Assembly (NCBI GenBank): GCA_963716725.1
Contig: CAVQUB010000015.1
Location: 1-64,000, forward strand
DNA: 64,000 nucleotides
Direction of reading: 5' to 3'
Origin: an uncultured delta proteobacterium
GTDB taxonomy: Bacteria > Myxococcota_A > Polyangia > Polyangiales > Polyangiaceae
How positions within the stretch are numbered: position 1 is the stretch's first letter; each line of letters starts with the position of its first letter. The translations under genes were made by a program, and so were the position numbers. This document shows positions 46,473 to 61,218 of this stretch, piece after piece. The notes below the pieces were generated by a model, which did no database searches, was not told the DNA's origin, and saw only the letters and a program-made list of their open reading frames with translations.

Positions 46473-47245
46473 TCCATGCGCTGGGTGCCCGAGCCGGCCG
46501 CGGCGCGCGCGGCGTCGATCAACTCATCGATCTTGAAGCCGTTGATCTCGAGACCGGTCACCTCGGCGGACCGGATGGACACCTTCGAGAGGTTGACGTT
46601 GGCGAGCTTCGCGCCGGAGAGGTTGGCGTTGTCGATAGTGCATCCCGACAGGTCGACGTCCATCAACCTGCAACCGGTGAGATTGGCGTCGGTGAGCGTG
46701 GCGCCCGAAGCGTCCACGTCTTCGAAGATGGCTCGCGCAAAGGAGACGTCGGCGAGGGTCGCCTCGGAGCAATCGCAGTTCTTCAGCGTCGCGGAAGCGA
46801 GCTTGGCGTCCGAGAGCGTTGCGCGGGAGAGATCCACGTTGCTCAGCCGAGCGTCGGAGAGGTTGGCGTCGTCGAGCCCGAGCCGCCTGCCGTCGAGGTC
46901 CTCGATTGTGGCGTCCGCGAGCTTGGCGTCGGTCAAGCGCAGGTCGGTGGCGTCGATGTCCCGCACTTCGGCGTGGGAGAGGTTTGCGTCGGAGAGGCTC
47001 AGCGACGACAGATCCACGTTCGCGAGGCGACTTGCTTTGATGTCGATGTCGTCGGCATCGAGGCCGATCAGGGTGGTGTTCTTCAGGCGCAAGCGCGAGA
47101 GTGAGCCGCCTTCGAAGCGCGCGCCGTCGAGCTTGCAGTCTTTGAATCGCGCCTGCGTGAGGTTGGCGTCTTCAAAGCGCGCGCCTTCGAGATCGCTGGC
47201 GTCGAAGCGCGGCGCGCCGGGCGGAACGGTGGACTCAGCTGCCAT
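46469..47245 (-). CDS. Pentapeptide-repeat protein
   Basis: Continuous A(D/N)LXX repeats. Confidence 0.92.
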   Translation of the reverse strand: MAAESTVPPGAPRFDASDLEGARFEDANLTQARFKDCKLDGARFEGGSLSRLRLKNTTLIGLDADDIDIKASRLANVDLSSLSLSDANLSHAEVRDIDATDLRLTDAKLADATIEDLDGRRLGLDDANLSDARLSNVDLSRATLSDAKLASATLKNCDCSEATLADVSFARAIFEDVDASGATLTDANLTGCRLMDVDLSGCTIDNANLSGAKLANVNLSKVSIRSAEVTGLEINGFKIDELIDAARAAAGSGTQRME

Positions 47246-47363
47246 GCGTCACCGGTCCGAGCTTTTCACGACAGGGCGCCTGGCGTCCAATCTCGCCGCA
47301 GCCGCCGCGCTTTCGTCGTGCGGACGGGCGACGGGGTTGCGACACGGGATGACGTCAGGTGTT

Positions 47364-48620
47364 TCAGTCGAAGCGACGTCGGAGGCAGGCCGCGGCGGCG
47401 AGCGCTGCGAGGGACCAATGCCCGCCGCGCTCGAGCGGTCGTCCGGCCCCTCGGCACGCGCAGCCGCCCTCGACGTCGTCGCCCCCCGTCGCCGCACGCG
47501 TTGCGCCTGCGCCGCCGGACGAGGGATTGCCGCCTCCGCCCACCGAGGGCGCGCCGCCGCCGCCGGTCGGGCTGGACGCGCCCGCCCCGGCGTTGCCCGT
47601 CCCGGCGGTTCCGGCGCTGCCGCCGCCTCCGCTCGCGGGCTCGGCGACCACGAGGTCGATCTGCAAGGTCGCGCCAAACGCGCCCTTGCCGGCGCGGTCC
47701 ATCCGAAAATCACCCGCGTAGGTGCCGGGCGTCGTGGGAGCGACGAAGGCCACGGCCCAGGTCTTCTGGGCCTTGGGCGCGACGCTCTCGCTGGCGCCGA
47801 GGGCTGCCGGGAATGCGCCGCCGAGGCTGTCTCCGTTCACGTGCGCGAGGGAGTAGCCACCGGCCGTGCTCCAGGTGGTGTTGCCGGTGTTCTCGATCAC
47901 CCAGGTCTTCTGGAAGCTCGCGCCGGGTGCGACGCTGATGCTGCCGGTCGGCGCCTCGCTGCTCTGCGTGTCGTCATCGACTTCGACCGGGGCCGGGTTC
48001 TCGCACTTGTCATCCGGCAGGCCCTTGTAGGTGCCTTGGCTGAGCCAGAAGCTCGTGGGGCCTCCGCACGGACCGGAGAAGGGATCGTCCGAAGTGCCGC
48101 TCGCGTAGCGGACCTCGAAGTGCAAGTGCGGCCCGGTCGAGTTGCCGCTCGAGCCGACCTTGCCCAGGTGCTGCCCGCACTTCACGGTCGCATTGAGGGA
48201 CACCGTGAGGGAGCCCTTCATCATGTGGCCGTAGGTGGTGGTCTTGCCGTCCGCGTGCTCGAGCCGAACGTAGTTGCCGAAGCCGCTGCCGCAACCGCAG
48301 GTTCCCGTCGAGCACTTGTCGTCGCAGCCGTCGTTGACGAACACGACCTTGCCGTCCGCCGCCGCCACGATCCAGCGACTCCCGGCGTCCATCACCGGCC
48401 AGCTCCCGATCCCGAAATCGCTGCCTTTGTGGCCGCCGTAGGTGGTGGTGCCGCAGTTCCAGTCTTTGAGCCCGGCGCCGCTGTCGAGATCGCGGTAGGC
48501 CGACGGGTAGGGCTGGGTGCCGGAGCTCGGGAGCTCGATGGGGAAGCGATACTTCTGCGCGTGCGCGGCGCTGCTGATGAGCAGCGCGCCTGCGGCGACG
48601 ATGATTGCGAGGGCCTTCAC
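47364..48620 (-). CDS. M23 metallopeptidase with Ig-like (NBR1-like) domain and MYXO-CTERM-like tail
   Basis: HKGSD, GNSTGPHLHFEVR, FQKTWVIENTG..TW and GGCAC...LAAAACLRRR. Confidence 0.88.
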   Translation of the reverse strand: MKALAIIVAAGALLISSAAHAQKYRFPIELPSSGTQPYPSAYRDLDSGAGLKDWNCGTTTYGGHKGSDFGIGSWPVMDAGSRWIVAAADGKVVFVNDGCDDKCSTGTCGCGSGFGNYVRLEHADGKTTTYGHMMKGSLTVSLNATVKCGQHLGKVGSSGNSTGPHLHFEVRYASGTSDDPFSGPCGGPTSFWLSQGTYKGLPDDKCENPAPVEVDDDTQSSEAPTGSISVAPGASFQKTWVIENTGNTTWSTAGGYSLAHVNGDSLGGAFPAALGASESVAPKAQKTWAVAFVAPTTPGTYAGDFRMDRAGKGAFGATLQIDLVVAEPASGGGGSAGTAGTGNAGAGASSPTGGGGAPSVGGGGNPSSGGAGATRAATGGDDVEGGCACRGAGRPLERGGHWSLAALAAAACLRRRFD

Positions 48621-49162
48621 GGCTCGGCCTCGACTTCGGCCTTGCCCGTGCTGAAGTCGACGCTCCAGCGCCGGCCGCTGCCGTCGTCGTAGGAGAGTGC
48701 CGAGGCGCTGATGCGCACGTCGCGCGCCGGCGGCGGGACGAAACCCGACCAGGGCTTGCCCGCGACGAGGCCGCGGTTCGTGATCTGAACCACGAGACCC
48801 GAGCTTGGCTCGACGATCCACAGCGACGCTACGGTGGTGCGACCCGAGACGAACGCCACGCGGCCGTCGGGCAGGGCCACGGGCATTTCATCGGGACCCT
48901 GGGCCGGTGCGAGGGGCGTGGCCGCGCCGGAGGCTTCCACCAACCAGAGATCGCTCTCGCCCGGCTCGTCGGTGGCCCGGGCCTCGACGCGGCGCCCTCC
49001 CGAGAGCAGGGCCGGGGGTCCGATCACGCCGGCGCCGAGCAGATCGCTCTCGGCTCGCAGCACGATGGGCGCGGCGCGTTGGTCCAGCACCTGGGGCGGG
49101 CCGTCGTCCGAGCTGCACGCGAAGGCGAGGCTCAAAAGCAACAGCCAGCTCACGCGACGCAT
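48617..49162 (-). CDS. Lipoprotein with TolB/WD40-like repeat
   Basis: Lipobox AFAC and LPDGRVAFVSGR. Confidence 0.65.
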   Translation of the reverse strand: MRRVSWLLLLSLAFACSSDDGPPQVLDQRAAPIVLRAESDLLGAGVIGPPALLSGGRRVEARATDEPGESDLWLVEASGAATPLAPAQGPDEMPVALPDGRVAFVSGRTTVASLWIVEPSSGLVVQITNRGLVAGKPWSGFVPPPARDVRISASALSYDDGSGRRWSVDFSTGKAEVEAEP

Positions 49163-49227
49163 TGCTGGCAGCATAGCGCGCCTGCGCCGCCCGGTCACTC
49201 GGTGCTGCTATGCTGCCGCGCCCATCG

Positions 49228-50829
49228 TGACGCTCCCGGAAGAAATCAGCATCGAGCTCGGCCTGGACGACGCCGACGACGCGGAGGCGCTGCGCGTTGT
49301 CGTCGCGCGTGCGCTCGGCGTTGGCCTCGGGTCATTGCCCGAGCTCGTGGTGCGCAAGCGCTCGCTCGACGCGCGCAAAGGGCGAGTGCGATTCCACGTG
49401 CTGGTGGGCATTGGGGCCCCGCCCGAGAGCCCTCTCGGCGAGCCCTCACCGCGAGAGGTCGCGCTGCCCGCGCGCGTCGTCATCGTCGGCGACGGTCCCG
49501 CGGGCATGTTTGCGGCCTATGCGCTCGCGCGCCGCGGGATCGCCTCGGTGCGTGCTCGACCGAGGCAAGCCCGTGCAGCCTCGGCGTCGCGACCTCAAGG
49601 TGCTCAATCAACAGGGCCTGGTCGACTCGGACAGCAACTACTGCTTCGGCGAGGGCGGCGCCGGCACCTACAGCGACGGCAAGCTCTACACGCGCTCGCA
49701 CAAGCGCGGCAACGTGCGGGACGTGATCGAGGTCTTGGCGCTGCACGGCGCGCCGAGCTGCGATCCTGGTCGACGCTCGACCCGCACATCGGCTCGAATC
49801 TGCTTGCCGCAAGTGGTCACGGCGATCCGCGAGCATCTGGAGAGCGTGGGCGTCGAGTTCCGCTTCGGCGCTCGGGTCACCGAGCTCGTGGTCGACGCCG
49901 GGGGGCCGTCGCCAGATCGCCGGCGTGCGCCTGGCGGACGGCAGCGAGATCGGCGCGAGCGTGGTCGTGCTGGCCACGGGTCACTCGGCGCGCGACGTCT
50001 TCGACATGCTGGTGCGCGCGGGGGTGTCCGCTCGAGCCCAAGCCCTTCGCGCTCGGGCGTGCGCATCGAGCACCCGCAGCCGCTCATGAACCGGATCCAG
50101 TACGGGAGTGCGGCGGGACACCCCAAGCTGCCCGCCGCGGCCTATCGCTTGGTTGCCGAGGTCGAGGCGCGCGGCGTGTTCTCGTTCTGCATGTGCCCGG
50201 GCGGCTGGGTCGTGCCGGCGAGCACCGAGGTGGACGGTCTGGTGGTCAACGGCATGAGCCTGTCGCGTCGCGACTCGCCCTTCGCGAACTCGGGCCTGGT
50301 GGTCGCCGTCGAGCTCGAGGACTTGGCTGGAGCCGGGCTCACGGGACCGCTCGCCGGAGTCGAGTTGCAGCGGCGCGTCGAACGCGAAGCGCTGAGCGCC
50401 GGCGGCGGGGCGCTGGTCGCGCCCGGGACGCGCGCCACTGATTTCGTTGCCGGAAGAGCCTCGAGCACCCTGCCCAAGTCGAGCTACGTGCCCGGGCTCG
50501 CCGCCGGCGACGTCGCATCGGTGCTCGACATTGCGGGGATCCCCATCGCCGATCGCCTACGTAGGGCCCTCCGGGAGTTCGACCGGCGGATGCGCGGCTA
50601 CCTGAGCGAAGAGGCGGTGCTGATCGGCGTCGAGTCGCGCACCAGCTGCCCGGTGCGAGTACCGCGTCACCCGGAGACCCTCGAGTCCATGGACCTCGGC
50701 GGACTCTATCCGGCCGGGGAGGGCGCCGGCTTCGCCGGCGGCATCGTCAGCGCCGCGGTCGATGGGCTGCGCATCGGGGAGCAGATCGCCCGGCGCTTCG
50801 AGCTCAGTTCGCCGCGCGCGTCAGGGTGA
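49228..50829 (+). CDS. NAD(P)/FAD-dependent oxidoreductase (uncharacterised family), frameshifted
   Basis: GDGPAG, FGEGGAGTYSDGKL, FCMCPGG and GEGAGFAGGIVSAA. Confidence 0.88.
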
Positions 50830-51988
50830 GCAGGGTGATCTCGGCGGGCGCGCCGAGCCGCATGGGCGGGCCCCAGTACCCGGTGCCGTTGCTGACGTAG
50901 ACCAGCGCGCGGCCGAAGCGGTGCAGCCCGCTGACGACCGGCTGTTGCAGGCGCACGAAGATGCTCCAGGGGAAGATTTGGCCCCCGTGAGTGTGGCCCG
51001 AGAGCTGCAGCCCGACGCCCAGGCGATCAGCTTCGAAGATCTGTCGCGGCTGGTGGGCCAGGAGCAAGAGTTCTCGACTCGGGTCGCGGCCCTCCAGGGC
51101 GCGAGCGAGATCAGCGCCGTGCCCGCGGCCGAATCGATGTGCCGAGTAGTCGTCGACGCCGGCCAGGTCGAAGCTCTCGTCTCCCAGGCCGATCGGGACG
51201 CGTTCGTTGCGCAGCACGCGGATGCCCAGCCGCCCGAGCTCGGCACACCAGTCTTCTGCGCCGGCGTAGTACTCGTGGTTGCCGGTCACGAAGTACACGC
51301 CGTACTTGGCGCGCAGCTGCGCCAGTGGTGCCACGTGCTGCCGAAGCTGATCGACCGAGCCGTCGACCAAGTCCCCGGTGATGGCGATGACGTCCGGCTC
51401 GAGCGCGTTGGTCTCCCGCACGACGCGCTCGATGAACCCGCGCTGGATGGTGGCGCCCACGTGCAGGTCGGTCAGCTGCGCGACGGTGGTGCCGCTCATG
51501 GCTTCCGGCAGCCGGCCGAGCGGCGTCGTCACCCGCTTGACGACCAGCTCGGTGAGACCCGAACGAGCGGCGACGGTGCTGGCGCCGCCGGCGATCAGGG
51601 CCACGCCGACCCCCAACATCCGACTCACGGTCAAGCGGCGCTCGGGATCTTCGGGGGCGCTGTCCACCAAGAAGCGACCGACCAACCCCAGACCGAGGCG
51701 GCTCACATCCACCACGGCGAGCAGCATCACGATGATGAACAAGAGGCCCATCCAGCCGAAGGTCGTGAGCAGCACCGGCCGCATGTTCTCGAAGCGATGG
51801 CTGCGCGCGAGGGTGAACGTGACGGGGATGGTCAAGAAGAGGGCGAGAACGACGGCGCTCAATGCGCGGTGCCAGATCATCGGCAGCGCCAGATCGCGCA
51901 CCAGCCGCGCCCAGACGTAGTAGTGCAGGCTGCCGGCCAGAGTCAGGACAACGGCGAAGAACAAGAAGAAGGACAGGGCTCGCGGCAC
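50804..51988 (-). CDS. Membrane-anchored metallophosphoesterase
   Basis: DLH, GDLVD, GNHE, HQP and GHTHGGQ; N-terminal TM helices. Confidence 0.9.
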   Translation of the reverse strand: MPRALSFFLFFAVVLTLAGSLHYYVWARLVRDLALPMIWHRALSAVVLALFLTIPVTFTLARSHRFENMRPVLLTTFGWMGLLFIIVMLLAVVDVSRLGLGLVGRFLVDSAPEDPERRLTVSRMLGVGVALIAGGASTVAARSGLTELVVKRVTTPLGRLPEAMSGTTVAQLTDLHVGATIQRGFIERVVRETNALEPDVIAITGDLVDGSVDQLRQHVAPLAQLRAKYGVYFVTGNHEYYAGAEDWCAELGRLGIRVLRNERVPIGLGDESFDLAGVDDYSAHRFGRGHGADLARALEGRDPSRELLLLAHQPRQIFEADRLGVGLQLSGHTHGGQIFPWSIFVRLQQPVVSGLHRFGRALVYVSNGTGYWGPPMRLGAPAEITLLTLTRAAN

Positions 51989-52194
51989 TCGGAGTGTTCT
52001 TAGGCACGAAGCACGAGCCTGGCCAGCCCTGACCCGCGAATGACCGACCGATCGCGGCGGGTCATACTGGGGAATGCGCCCCCTGGCCTGCGCCATCACA
52101 GCCCCGACGCTGGTCGCGGCGCTCGGCTGCGGTCCCGCCGAGCGCTCCGCGGTTCGGGAGCCGCCACGCCGCCTCGGGCCCCGTAGCGGAGTTC

Positions 52195-53490
52195 TCACGC
52201 GGTCATGATCAGCGGGCTCTGCTTTCGGCGCGTCAGGGTCCACGTCGGTGGTGCGCCGGGCGTCGCAGTGTCCGCCAACCACAGCCGATACGAGCCGTCC
52301 TCGGCGATGAGTCGCACCTGCTCCGTCTTCACGCCGTCTTTCATCGTTGATCCGGGCTGCCTGAGTTCTGCCGACTCCAAGTGCGCGAGACGAGCCTGCT
52401 CCAGCGGAGCGCCGCTGGCTCGAACGTCCCACAGCGAGTGCTTCCAGCGCTTGCCGCTGTGGTCCACGTGGCCCATCAGCTCCAGGCTGCGGTGGTTGGT
52501 TCCGAAGAAAGACAGTACACGCCGCGTGGTCCCTGACGCACCGAGGAGCAGTTGAGCGCTCACCTTCATCGGCGTACCGCCGACGGTGACGTCGCTCTCG
52601 AGCGTGAGGCAGTCGATGGGCTCGACGTTCGGGAGCTTCCGCGTCGAGGCGAGCAGCACGCCGAGCAACGCCAGGACCCACAGCGCCGGAGGCAGCACCC
52701 AGAGCACCGGGACCGTCACCTGCAGCACCATCCCGAACACGGGCACGAAGAGCAAGAGCCCGACCGGGAGCATGGCGCCGAACATCGCCGCCTTCTCGGC
52801 GATGGCGACCCGCCCGGCGAGTGAGCGGCCGAAGCCCTGGCTCGTACGGCGCAGCGCTCGATCGAGGTCGAGCTCGCGCTTCTGGTAGTGCTCACCCACG
52901 ACCAAGTTGTCGGTGCTGCAGTAGTTGCAGCGCCTGAGCGAGGTGCCGTCCGGAAGCGCGGCGGCGCAGGCCCGGCAGCGCGGCGGCGCTCCAGCCTGGG
53001 CGGGCGCGAGCGGCAACGCCGCGAGACCCATCGACCGCAGCCAGTACAGCGAGAGGGCGAAGAAGAAGATGGAGAGTGGCAGCCCGGAAGCGACTGAGAG
53101 CAGCATCCACCAGTTGGCTGCGAGGTCGTTGTTCCCGGCTTCGCCAGCGAAGAACTCCAAGAACGGAACGTCGTGATCGAGGCCGAGGCCGAGCGCGGGT
53201 CCGCCGAAGAGCACCCACATGGTGATCCAGATCACCAGCGACGTGCCTTGAACGCTGGTGACCGCATCGACCCACTTGCCCGTGAGGTGGCGCTGCTGCG
53301 CGCTGCGTTCGTCGAGGCGCGCGCGTAGCGTCGCCAGCCGCGCGCCGAGCTCCGGCGTCAGCGGCTCGGTCGAGTTGCAGTACCGGCAGGTGGGCAAGGG
53401 GCCGGCGAGGGTGAGGGGAACTTCGCCCCCGCAGCTGCGGCAGTTTCCGACCAAGGACTGGCTGGCGTGTTGGGCGCTCATCTGGGTCAC
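52195..53490 (-). CDS. Membrane protein with two zinc ribbons
   Basis: CRSC/CRYC and CRAC/CNYC pairs; four hydrophobic segments. Confidence 0.7.
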   Translation of the reverse strand: MTQMSAQHASQSLVGNCRSCGGEVPLTLAGPLPTCRYCNSTEPLTPELGARLATLRARLDERSAQQRHLTGKWVDAVTSVQGTSLVIWITMWVLFGGPALGLGLDHDVPFLEFFAGEAGNNDLAANWWMLLSVASGLPLSIFFFALSLYWLRSMGLAALPLAPAQAGAPPRCRACAAALPDGTSLRRCNYCSTDNLVVGEHYQKRELDLDRALRRTSQGFGRSLAGRVAIAEKAAMFGAMLPVGLLLFVPVFGMVLQVTVPVLWVLPPALWVLALLGVLLASTRKLPNVEPIDCLTLESDVTVGGTPMKVSAQLLLGASGTTRRVLSFFGTNHRSLELMGHVDHSGKRWKHSLWDVRASGAPLEQARLAHLESAELRQPGSTMKDGVKTEQVRLIAEDGSYRLWLADTATPGAPPTWTLTRRKQSPLIMTA

Positions 53491-53571
53491 GGATGGGACC
53501 GAGCATCTTGCCAGATCTCGATGGGTTCGAGCGGTGACATCCGTCAGTGCGGGCGCGGCGAGGCCGCCGCG

Positions 53572-53865
53572 TCACCACCGCTCGGCGCTGCCCGCCGGCA
53601 GGAAGGGCCGATCCCGCTGCGAGTGGCGGGCGGTGCCCACTGAAAAACTGAAGCGCTCCGGCGAGAGATCGATCACCGCCATGGGCCTCTGTTCTCGCCC
53701 CACCACGATCACGTCCTTCAGCACGTGCACGCGGGAGCCGCGCTCTTGGGCCGTGCGAGCGTGATCGAGCTTGGCAGCACGGCGCCGGGGAGTGGCCGGC
53801 GGCGCTGCCGAAGCCACGCCAATACCCAGGGCAAAAGCCAAAAGAAACCATCGAATGTTCATCAT
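53572..53865 (-). CDS. Small secreted hypothetical protein
   Basis: SD aagggag; signal-peptide-like N-terminus. Confidence 0.6.
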   Translation of the reverse strand: MMNIRWFLLAFALGIGVASAAPPATPRRRAAKLDHARTAQERGSRVHVLKDVIVVGREQRPMAVIDLSPERFSFSVGTARHSQRDRPFLPAGSAERW

Positions 53866-53909
53866 CGACTCCCTTCGAAGATTGATGCACGCGACCCCGG
53901 GATCGGATC

Positions 53910-54548
53910 TCACTTTCGAGGGGAGCGCAGCTTCTCTTGCAGGTCTCGGGCTTCGCCCCTGCTGTCTCCGCTCGGGAACCGAAGCAGGTGCTCATCGAGC
54001 ATGCGCAGGGCGCGCGCGCGATCGTTCCTCGCTTCGGCCCGAATGCGCCGCATCGACTCCGCCTCCATCAGCGTGGCTGCGGTCCCGATCCGAACGTCGC
54101 CCAAACTCCGACTCGGTGCCGGCGGTCGCACCACGCCCTCGACAGTCACCTCCGGCGCGGTCGTCGCCGGGGCGGCGGAGGCGCGGGGTCGCGCCGAGAC
54201 CCCTGCGGGCGCGGCCACCGCGGCCACCGATTGCCCCGATGGGGGCTGGTGCTTCGGCGCCGTGAGCTCGGTGCCTACCCAGGTCGCGGCGGTTCCGAGC
54301 ACGACACCCGCGCCGATCCACTTGACGAAGAGCAGCGTGAGACCCGAGCTGAGTTTGCCGCCCGCGCCTCCCGCGCCCGCCACACCCGCTCCGACCGACG
54401 CAGCGGACGCGGCGAGCGCGAGCTCGAGCACCCGCGCCCGGGCTCTCTCGCGGGCCTCCGGGGTCGGCTGTTCGTCGGAGCCCGATAGGAGCAACTCCCG
54501 CTCGAAGCCCGACCCGAATCTATCGACTAGGCGCTTGGGATCAACCAC
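53910..54548 (-). CDS. Putative anti-sigma factor
   Basis: Overlaps the ECF sigma 3' end; single TM, Pro/Ala linker and helical tail (RFPSG...E). Confidence 0.65.
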   Translation of the reverse strand: MVDPKRLVDRFGSGFERELLLSGSDEQPTPEARERARARVLELALAASAASVGAGVAGAGGAGGKLSSGLTLLFVKWIGAGVVLGTAATWVGTELTAPKHQPPSGQSVAAVAAPAGVSARPRASAAPATTAPEVTVEGVVRPPAPSRSLGDVRIGTAATLMEAESMRRIRAEARNDRARALRMLDEHLLRFPSGDSRGEARDLQEKLRSPRK

Positions 54549-55141
54549 GCGAACCTCGCTTTCTCGCGGCGACCGCCCGCACGAATCGGGCTCGCGCCCG
54601 GCGCAATCGCGAGGCGGTGGTGCCTCGGGGGATGTCTAGAAGCTCTGCAATCTCGGTCAACGTCATGCCTTCGATTCTCGAAGAGCACGAACACACTCCG
54701 CTCGTCTTGGTCCAGATCGCCGAGCGCGTCGTCGAGCAGCGCGAGGCGTTGCCGCTGGTCGAGGGCCTGCTCGGGCGAGGTCGATGCGCTGAGCCGCGAT
54801 TCGTCGAGGGGCACGTGGCGCGCCGAACTGCTCGCCTGACGCCGGTGGTGCGACTTGGCGACGCGCAGGGCGGTGCCGTAGAGGTAGCTCTGCTCGGACC
54901 CAGCCTCGATCTCGTGAATGCGCCGCGCAGCCACCATGAAGACCTCTTGGGCGGCGTCGTCCGCGGCATCCGCCGAGACTCCCAGGCGCCGTAGCAAGCG
55001 CCAAATTGGGTCGAACCCGTCGCGCATCATGCGTGACAGGCGCTCCACTTCGGCGGGGGCAGCGGACTTGGCCATGGGCGCGTCGTTCTCGAGGGTGCCC
55101 GAGGAGACGGCTCCTGTCCTGGTCAATGCGACGGCGGTCAT
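54541..55141 (-). CDS. ECF RNA polymerase sigma factor (frameshift ~54677; start uncertain)
   Basis: DAADDAAQEVF and EIAELLDIPRGTTASRLRRAR. Confidence 0.88.
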
Positions 55142-55254
55142 GGCCTGTATCGCGTTGATGCTCCGAGGCCAGCGGCCGGATCACGAAATCGTCACCGACC
55201 GGGCCGGCGCCGGCCGCCCAACCCCCGCGCCGAGCGCCGTGTTACGGTCCGGGC

Positions 55255-57982
<2,728 letters not shown>

Positions 57983-58122
57983 GGCTCAGCGCGCGCGCGT
58001 GGGCGACCTGGGCGCTCGGCAATTCGGTCTGCACCAGCTCGGAGTAGTGATCGGCGTCCAGCAGGAGCTTGACGCTCGCCTGCCGCGTTTCACCGGTCGT
58101 GCGAGTCAGCGGTCGCTTGGCC

Positions 58123-59088
58123 ATGATCGGCGGTACAGGGTGGCATGATGCTTGGGCCGGCGCTCGAACCGATCTAGGCTCGCGCGCCTTGCTTCGCGTC
58201 CACGCTGCGCTCGTGTTGGTGCAGATCCTGTTCGGTCTGTGGCCCGTGGCCGGAAGCGCGGTGATGCAGCACATGAGCCCGGCGGCGCTGATCGGCTTCC
58301 GCCTGATGCTCGGCGCCCCGCTCTTGGCCCTGGCCGCCGGCCTGCCCTGGCAGCGCCCGCCCGCGGCCGGGGATCTCGCGCGGCTGGCGCTGCTCGGCGC
58401 CCTCGGCATCAGCGCAAATCAGCTCTTGTTCGCCGAGGGGCTGTACCGCGCCGGACCCATCAACGCCTCGCTCTCGATCCTGCTGATGCCCGCCCTCACC
58501 CTGTTGATCACCGCGGCGCTGGGCATCGAGCGGCCACGCGCCGGTCGGCTCGTCGGCGTCGCGCTCTCCTTCGCCGGAGCGGCGCTGCTGCTTCGGATCG
58601 ATCGCTTCGATCTCGGCGACCGTACCACGGTCGGCAACCTGATGTTGCTCGGGAACATCAGCGCGTACTCGATCTACATCGTCGCCGCGCGGCCGATGCT
58701 GGCCCGGCTCGGCTCGCTGCGGACCATGGCGTGGGTGTTCGTCTTTGGTGCCCTCGAGGCGGCGCCGCTGACGGTCCTCGACATGACGCGCGTGCGCTGG
58801 CTGGAGCTGCCGGCCGGTACGCATGCGTCTCTGGTGTTCATTCTGCTCGGCGCCACCATCGCCACCTATCTGCTCAACGCCTACGCCCTGCGGCGGGTCG
58901 AGAGCAGCACGGTCGCGGTCTACGTCTACGTGCAGCCGGTCATCGCGGTGATTGCGGCCTGGGTTTGGCTCCATCAGGCGCCAACGGCCCGGACGCTGGT
59001 GGCCGGTCTGGTGATCGTCGCGGGGGTCGCGCTGTCGAGCGATTTGGCCTCCGCGCTGCGCAAGAGTAGCGCTTCAGGCGAGGCGTAG
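58123..59088 (+). CDS. DMT/EamA-family transporter (start uncertain)
   Basis: Two EamA-like hydrophobic halves; YVQPV motif. Confidence 0.88.
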   Translation: MIGGTGWHDAWAGARTDLGSRALLRVHAALVLVQILFGLWPVAGSAVMQHMSPAALIGFRLMLGAPLLALAAGLPWQRPPAAGDLARLALLGALGISANQLLFAEGLYRAGPINASLSILLMPALTLLITAALGIERPRAGRLVGVALSFAGAALLLRIDRFDLGDRTTVGNLMLLGNISAYSIYIVAARPMLARLGSLRTMAWVFVFGALEAAPLTVLDMTRVRWLELPAGTHASLVFILLGATIATYLLNAYALRRVESSTVAVYVYVQPVIAVIAAWVWLHQAPTARTLVAGLVIVAGVALSSDLASALRKSSASGEA

Positions 59089-59108
59089 AGTCTGACATTA
59101 TCCGCCCC

Positions 59109-60428
<1,320 letters not shown>

Positions 60429-60442
60429 AGAGGGAGCGCCGG

Positions 60443-61150
60443 ATGGCCAAAGCATTCGAGACCTGGACGGTGTTGCCTCACGGCGACTGGAACGAGCACG
60501 CGGAGAACCTTCGCTCGGTCACCGGCGCGATCCCCGGCATGCCGCTCGAGCGGCGCATGACCGTGGTGAAGCGCGGCGATGGACGCTTGGTCGTCCACAA
60601 CCCGGTGGCGCTGGACGACGCGGGCATGGCGGCGCTCGAGGCCTGGGGAACGCCGGCGCTGCTGGTGGTGCCCAACGGCTACCACCGACTCGACGCGGCC
60701 AACTTCCGCCGACGGTATCCGGACGCTCGCGTGGTGTGCCCGCGGGGCGCGAAGAAGAAAGTGGAAGCCGTCGTTCCGGTGGACCTCGACTACGCGGTCG
60801 TGCCCGCGGACGACGCGGTGAGCTTTGAGCACCTCGACGGGGTGGGCGAGGCGGAGGGAGTGCTGACGGTGCGCTCCGCGGACGGCGTGACCCTGATCTT
60901 CAACGACGTGCTGTTCAACGTGGACAAGCTGCCCGGGTTCACCGGCTTCGTGATGGGGCTGATGGGGTCCACCGGCGGCCCGAAGGTCACCTTGGTCGGC
61001 CGCCTCCTCGTGGTGAAGAGCAAGGCGGCCCTGCGCGCCCACCTCGAACGCTTGGCCACCCCCGATCTCCGGCGCCTGATCCCCGGCCACGGGGCCGTGA
61101 TCGAGGCCGGGGCCCCCGAGGTCCTGCGCGGAGTGGCCGGCACCCTGTAG
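60443..61150 (+). CDS. DUF4336-like metallo-beta-lactamase-fold protein
   Basis: RMTVVK, PNGYH and IPGHG. Confidence 0.7.
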   Translation: MAKAFETWTVLPHGDWNEHAENLRSVTGAIPGMPLERRMTVVKRGDGRLVVHNPVALDDAGMAALEAWGTPALLVVPNGYHRLDAANFRRRYPDARVVCPRGAKKKVEAVVPVDLDYAVVPADDAVSFEHLDGVGEAEGVLTVRSADGVTLIFNDVLFNVDKLPGFTGFVMGLMGSTGGPKVTLVGRLLVVKSKAALRAHLERLATPDLRRLIPGHGAVIEAGAPEVLRGVAGTL

Positions 61151-61218
61151 ATTTGGGGTTGCCGCAGCCGTGTGGTCAGTGGTAGTTATATATCCTACCT
61201 GAACGGGAGGCTCCAACC

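Noticed and set aside
45993..48692. 899-aa plus-strand ORF and similar long antisense ORFs (15235-17019, 24073-25794, 61195-63054)
   Set aside because: Shadow frames of real genes on the opposite strand, common in high-GC DNA.
61150..61158. Extra copy of the GxxExxY IR (gatttgggg)
   Set aside because: Only 9 bp, compatible with chance.
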